Assembly: GCA_027031765.1 (NCBI GenBank)
Contig: JALVPN010000060.1
Location: forward strand, 6,038-14,540
Direction: 5' to 3'
DNA from: Promethearchaeota archaeon
GTDB lineage: Archaea > Asgardarchaeota > Thorarchaeia > Thorarchaeales > Thorarchaeaceae
DNA length: 8,503 bases
Each line of letters opens with the position of its first letter. Positions within the stretch are counted from its first letter, which is position 1. Of the stretch, positions 5,329 through 8,503 are shown in pieces. The position numbers were made by a program, and so were the translations under genes. The notes below the pieces were generated by a model that saw only the letters and a list, made by a program, of their open reading frames with translations, had not been told where the DNA came from and ran no database searches.

Positions 5329-8112
5329 ATGCCCATTAGGAGCCCGGTTGCCAGACGTAGGCGCATATACTCCGTCCTACTGCTGTGTGTCGTCCTATTG
5401 ATGCTGTCCGCCCCTCTAGTGGCCGCCCAGGATGGGGAGGAGGTCACCAATCAGAACTTCTACTGGAAGGTCAGGAGGGGCTACACCATGCAGTTCCTGC
5501 TCACCGACACGGGGGTCGTTGCCCGTCACCCTACAAGGGGCGTCTTCAACGTCATCATCACGGAACTCGGCCCGGTGCCCAATGGCCTCCAGTCCTTCAG
5601 CGCCCTGTACGGCCCCATGGTAGACATCGCCTGGGACAACGGCTCCAGCCTCCCCATGCCCTACGTGGCCATGATATCTCCACATCCCGCAGTCCCCTTT
5701 GGTAACTGGCAGGCGATGGGAGTCCTGATCCAGACGTGGCTGGACGGGCTGGATGTCGACTCGTCAACGCTGATAAACGACCTCAGGAGCATCGGGTGGG
5801 CCGTGACATATACCACGGACAACGGCTGGCAGTGGATGGTGTCCACTGCATGGTACAAGGCTGATGGCTCATTGGCCTTCATCTCAGCGACGGCTGCTGA
5901 CCCTGGTGGCCCGTCCTACTCTCTCCTGATTGAGCGGGTAAACGTTGCTGGCATGGGTGCGACCCCTGAAACATACTACCTGATCAGTCTCGTCCTGGGG
6001 TGCTTCCTGTCGTCGTTGGTAGGGGTCGTCGGTATGCGTGCTGCAGGAGGCGACGAGGACGCGGAAATTGGTGCCTGCTGTCTCTCGTTCACCACTGCAT
6101 TCTTCCCCGGCCCACTGCTGTACTGGCTCTGGCTGGCCCCTGCGAGCGGTGGGATTCCAAACATCTTGGGGGTCGAGCTGTTCTGGCTGTACGCCATACT
6201 CGCTGGTCTGCCCTTCATCTCGTGGATAATTGCATTTGCCATATCGTCGGAGGCGTCGAGTGTGGACGACCTCACCGACGTGGCCTACCTCGTGTTCCTG
6301 CTTGTGGTACTCGGTATTGTCGCCCTGGTGCACTTCGACCCACTCCCCAGCACCGTGGTGTTCTTCACAAGTATGGGCTACGGCGGTTTCGAGACCGACG
6401 TTGTCCTCGGCCTTGTGGCCCTTGAGGTGCTGGTCGTGATATGGGGCGCGTTCGCAGGTTTCAAGGGGCCCCCTGCTACGGTGTTCATCTTTTCCATCGG
6501 TACTCAGGTGTGTGTCCTGCTGCGGCTCTTCGACTCGTTGCTTGTTGCGCTGTTCGCAATCCCACTGGTCCTCATCATCTCCGGGGCGATTGGTGCAGCG
6601 GTCCAGGGCATGGAGTTCACAGGCAGACTCGTCAAGATGGTGGTGGCCACCTGCGGCTATTTGGTCGTGCTACTCCTCAGCGCCTACTTCAACACACTGC
6701 CGGTCTCCCCCGCATGGTGGGGCTCCGCCTTCTCTCAGGACCTGGTGTCCGCGCTCCTCACAGTTGCGCCAGTCGTTGCTGGGCTCGTCTTCGCCCTTGC
6801 ATGGGCCCTCGATGCCGTGTCCTTTGTCGGCATTGCCGGAGCGGTCTCGGATGCTGTCGACAGGTACCACAGTTGGCAGGAGGAACGTGCTGAGGAGAAG
6901 CGCATGGAGGAGGAGCGTCGGCGGAGAGAAGAGGAGGCGAGGCTCGAGGCCGAGCGTCAGGAGCAGCTCCGCAAGGAGAAGGAGATGTACCCGTGGCGTT
7001 TTGCAAAGGGCCTGCCAGAAGGGGAGCCTGACGCCCCGGAAAGAATAGTGGCCTGGGTCACCATGGAGGAGGCGAGGGGCGCCGACCTGCTCAAGGAGCG
7101 GAAGCACGACGAGGCCCTCAAGGTGTTCGTCACCCTCAAGGAGCACATCCTCAAACAGGAGTCCAGGCTGGCAATCCTCGGTCGTGACAGTCTTGAAGAA
7201 CTGAAGGCCCGTATTGACCGCCATATATACATGACCAAGGCTGATGCACTCATCGAGCAGCTGCAGGAAGTGCATGACAGGCTCCAAGCCCTCGCTGACA
7301 TGGGCACCATGGAGACCCCCGTCCCAGCAAGGAGGCCCAAGAAGAGGAAGAAGAAAGGGAAGAAGAAGCTCGCTGGCAGGTTGCACGTCTCCATTGAAGA
7401 GCTAGTCGAGGAGGAGGTCTCTGGTGCAATGGAGATGACGCCCGACGAGTACCAGGCACGGGTGGAGGAGCTGCTGGAGAACGCCAGCTCCATCGCCACT
7501 GAGGCAAAGGCCGTGTGTGGTGCTGGCGGCTTCGAAACGCTCCAGACCCGCTGCGAACGCCTGGAGTTCCAGGTGCAGCAGCTCGCGACCAAGGCCCGGG
7601 AGCTCCTCGACAAGCAACGCTCCCTGCTGGCGGCCCTAGGTGAGCGGGCGGACGCTCTCAAGACAGCACTGGAGATGGCGAGCGACGGCTCCTTGAGCAT
7701 CAAGGGGCGGATTGAGAGACTCACGTCTGCGCGTGATGCCCTCCTGGAGGCCCTGAAGGGCATCGTCCTCGGGTCGGGGGACATATATGATGCCCAGCAG
7801 CTCCTCGAGAAGGCGGACACCGAGCTGGACAGGCTAGACGAACTCAAGAAACTCCAAGAGACCGCCATTGACATCTCTGAGGTGAAGGACGAACGCGACG
7901 CACGGGACTCTGTGGAGGCCCTCCTCTGGAAGCTCGAGAAACAACTCGAGGAGCTGGACGCCCTGCCCGCTGACTCGGACCAGTACTGGGCACTGTACGA
8001 GAAGATGCAGAACAGTGCACTGCGGGCGGAGGCGATCGCGAGGAAGTTCGGTCTTGACGACCTGATGCCAAGAGTGCACAGGTTCATGGACCGTCTGGGC
8101 CGGCAGGAGTGA
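5329..8112 (+). CDS. Multi-domain membrane protein: signal peptide, ~180-aa ectodomain, ~9-10 TM helices, charged helix, TPR/MIT-like and helical cytoplasmic tail (~927 aa)
   Basis: From ATG 5329 the N-terminus MPIRSPVARRRRIYSVLLLCVVLLMLSAPLVAA|QD has a basic n-region, hydrophobic h-region and an A-x-A-type cleavage site. A beta-rich segment follows (~5428-5970), then hydrophobic helices (~5974-6850), an E/R/K-rich run (6880-6984) and a helical tail. A GGTG motif lies upstream. ATG 5302 is an alternative in-frame start; the track start at 5242 is probably too long. Confidence 0.92.
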   Translation: MPIRSPVARRRRIYSVLLLCVVLLMLSAPLVAAQDGEEVTNQNFYWKVRRGYTMQFLLTDTGVVARHPTRGVFNVIITELGPVPNGLQSFSALYGPMVDIAWDNGSSLPMPYVAMISPHPAVPFGNWQAMGVLIQTWLDGLDVDSSTLINDLRSIGWAVTYTTDNGWQWMVSTAWYKADGSLAFISATAADPGGPSYSLLIERVNVAGMGATPETYYLISLVLGCFLSSLVGVVGMRAAGGDEDAEIGACCLSFTTAFFPGPLLYWLWLAPASGGIPNILGVELFWLYAILAGLPFISWIIAFAISSEASSVDDLTDVAYLVFLLVVLGIVALVHFDPLPSTVVFFTSMGYGGFETDVVLGLVALEVLVVIWGAFAGFKGPPATVFIFSIGTQVCVLLRLFDSLLVALFAIPLVLIISGAIGAAVQGMEFTGRLVKMVVATCGYLVVLLLSAYFNTLPVSPAWWGSAFSQDLVSALLTVAPVVAGLVFALAWALDAVSFVGIAGAVSDAVDRYHSWQEERAEEKRMEEERRRREEEARLEAERQEQLRKEKEMYPWRFAKGLPEGEPDAPERIVAWVTMEEARGADLLKERKHDEALKVFVTLKEHILKQESRLAILGRDSLEELKARIDRHIYMTKADALIEQLQEVHDRLQALADMGTMETPVPARRPKKRKKKGKKKLAGRLHVSIEELVEEEVSGAMEMTPDEYQARVEELLENASSIATEAKAVCGAGGFETLQTRCERLEFQVQQLATKARELLDKQRSLLAALGERADALKTALEMASDGSLSIKGRIERLTSARDALLEALKGIVLGSGDIYDAQQLLEKADTELDRLDELKKLQETAIDISEVKDERDARDSVEALLWKLEKQLEELDALPADSDQYWALYEKMQNSALRAEAIARKFGLDDLMPRVHRFMDRLGRQE

Positions 8113-8133
8113 GCAGTACGCGTGCCGAAGCTT

Positions 8134-8148
8134 CAAAAGGCTTTATGC
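8134..8148 (+). promoter_or_regulatory. Possible BRE + TATA promoter (CAAAAGG CTTTATGC) for the gene at 8192
   Basis: A purine-rich BRE-like stretch directly precedes a TTTAT box in the 79-nt intergenic gap. GAGGAG SD at 8177-8182. Confidence 0.5.
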
Positions 8149-8191
8149 GGAGTGAATGACAGAGAATCTCATGAATGAGGAGAGCGCGTAG

Positions 8192-8503
8192 ATGGCCGAG
8201 GTGTTTGTGGTCCTCCTCCCCTACCTCTTGAGCAAGGCACGCTGGCTCGCCTGGCAGGGCCTCAAGTGGTGGGCCCGGCGGATTAGCGAGGAGCAGGAAG
8301 CCGACCCCAATGATGTCCTCCTGCTGTACAACAAGATCATTGACAACATGGTGACCGACCTGAACACGAAGGTGTCACCATTGGCAAGGCGGCGTGGACT
8401 GAAGCTGTCGCGTCTGAGCTCAGCTACGCGGAACCTGCGCCGGGCCAAGATATCCCTTGGTAACCGGAAGGTCCCAGCGAAGTACCTCCCGATGGTGGGC
8501 TTC
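8192..8503 (+). CDS. Hypothetical protein (partial, 5' end only; >104 aa)
   Basis: Open frame from ATG 8192 to the window end: MAEVFVVLLPYLLSKARWLAWQGLKWWARRISEEQEADPNDVLLLYNKIIDNMVTDLNTKVSPLARRRGLKLSRLSSATRNLRRAKISLGNRKVPAKYLPMVGF. GAGGAG lies about 9 nt upstream. No recognisable family. Confidence 0.82.
   Translation, partial: MAEVFVVLLPYLLSKARWLAWQGLKWWARRISEEQEADPNDVLLLYNKIIDNMVTDLNTKVSPLARRRGLKLSRLSSATRNLRRAKISLGNRKVPAKYLPMVGF

Noticed and set aside
5350-5390. Possible Tat motif (ARRRRIY) or lipobox (LLLC) in the signal peptide
   Set aside because: It does not match the S/T-R-R-x-F-L-K consensus well. The Cys lies mid-h-region without the L-[AS]-[GA]-C context, so an ordinary Sec/SPI signal ending in VAA is simpler.
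6957-8087. 376-aa minus-strand ORF, plus other long antisense ORFs (3368..3859, 3840..4496, 6670..7386, 4451..4930)
   Set aside because: These are shadow frames of well-supported genes. Ser-rich translations reflect GAG/AAG/CTC codon usage on the coding strand.

Overview
GC-rich, gene-dense window with five protein-coding genes in alternating orientation (- + - + +). I found no RNA genes, mobile elements or CRISPR arrays. The genes are: (1) a >773-aa all-helical protein (1..2320, -, TTG start, runs off the left edge and is absent from the supplied ORF track) built from a degenerate ~65-aa repeat; (2) a 634-aa protein with a 7-blade WD40-like beta-propeller fused to a ~320-aa alpha-helical region; (3) a ~211-aa TPR protein; (4) a ~927-aa protein with a signal peptide, ectodomain, ~9-10 TM helices, a charged E/R/K helix and a cytoplasmic helical tail; (5) the 5' part of an unknown gene (8192..>8503, also absent from the track). 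The most notable observation is that the helical C-terminal regions of the soluble WD40 protein and the membrane protein look homologous end to end by eye, so one module may be attached to a propeller in one gene and to a receptor-like membrane protein in the other. TATA/BRE-like motifs and the propeller/helical/TPR content suggest an archaeon, possibly Asgard (Thorarchaeota-like). That assignment is an inference, not a database result. No gene symbols can be assigned.
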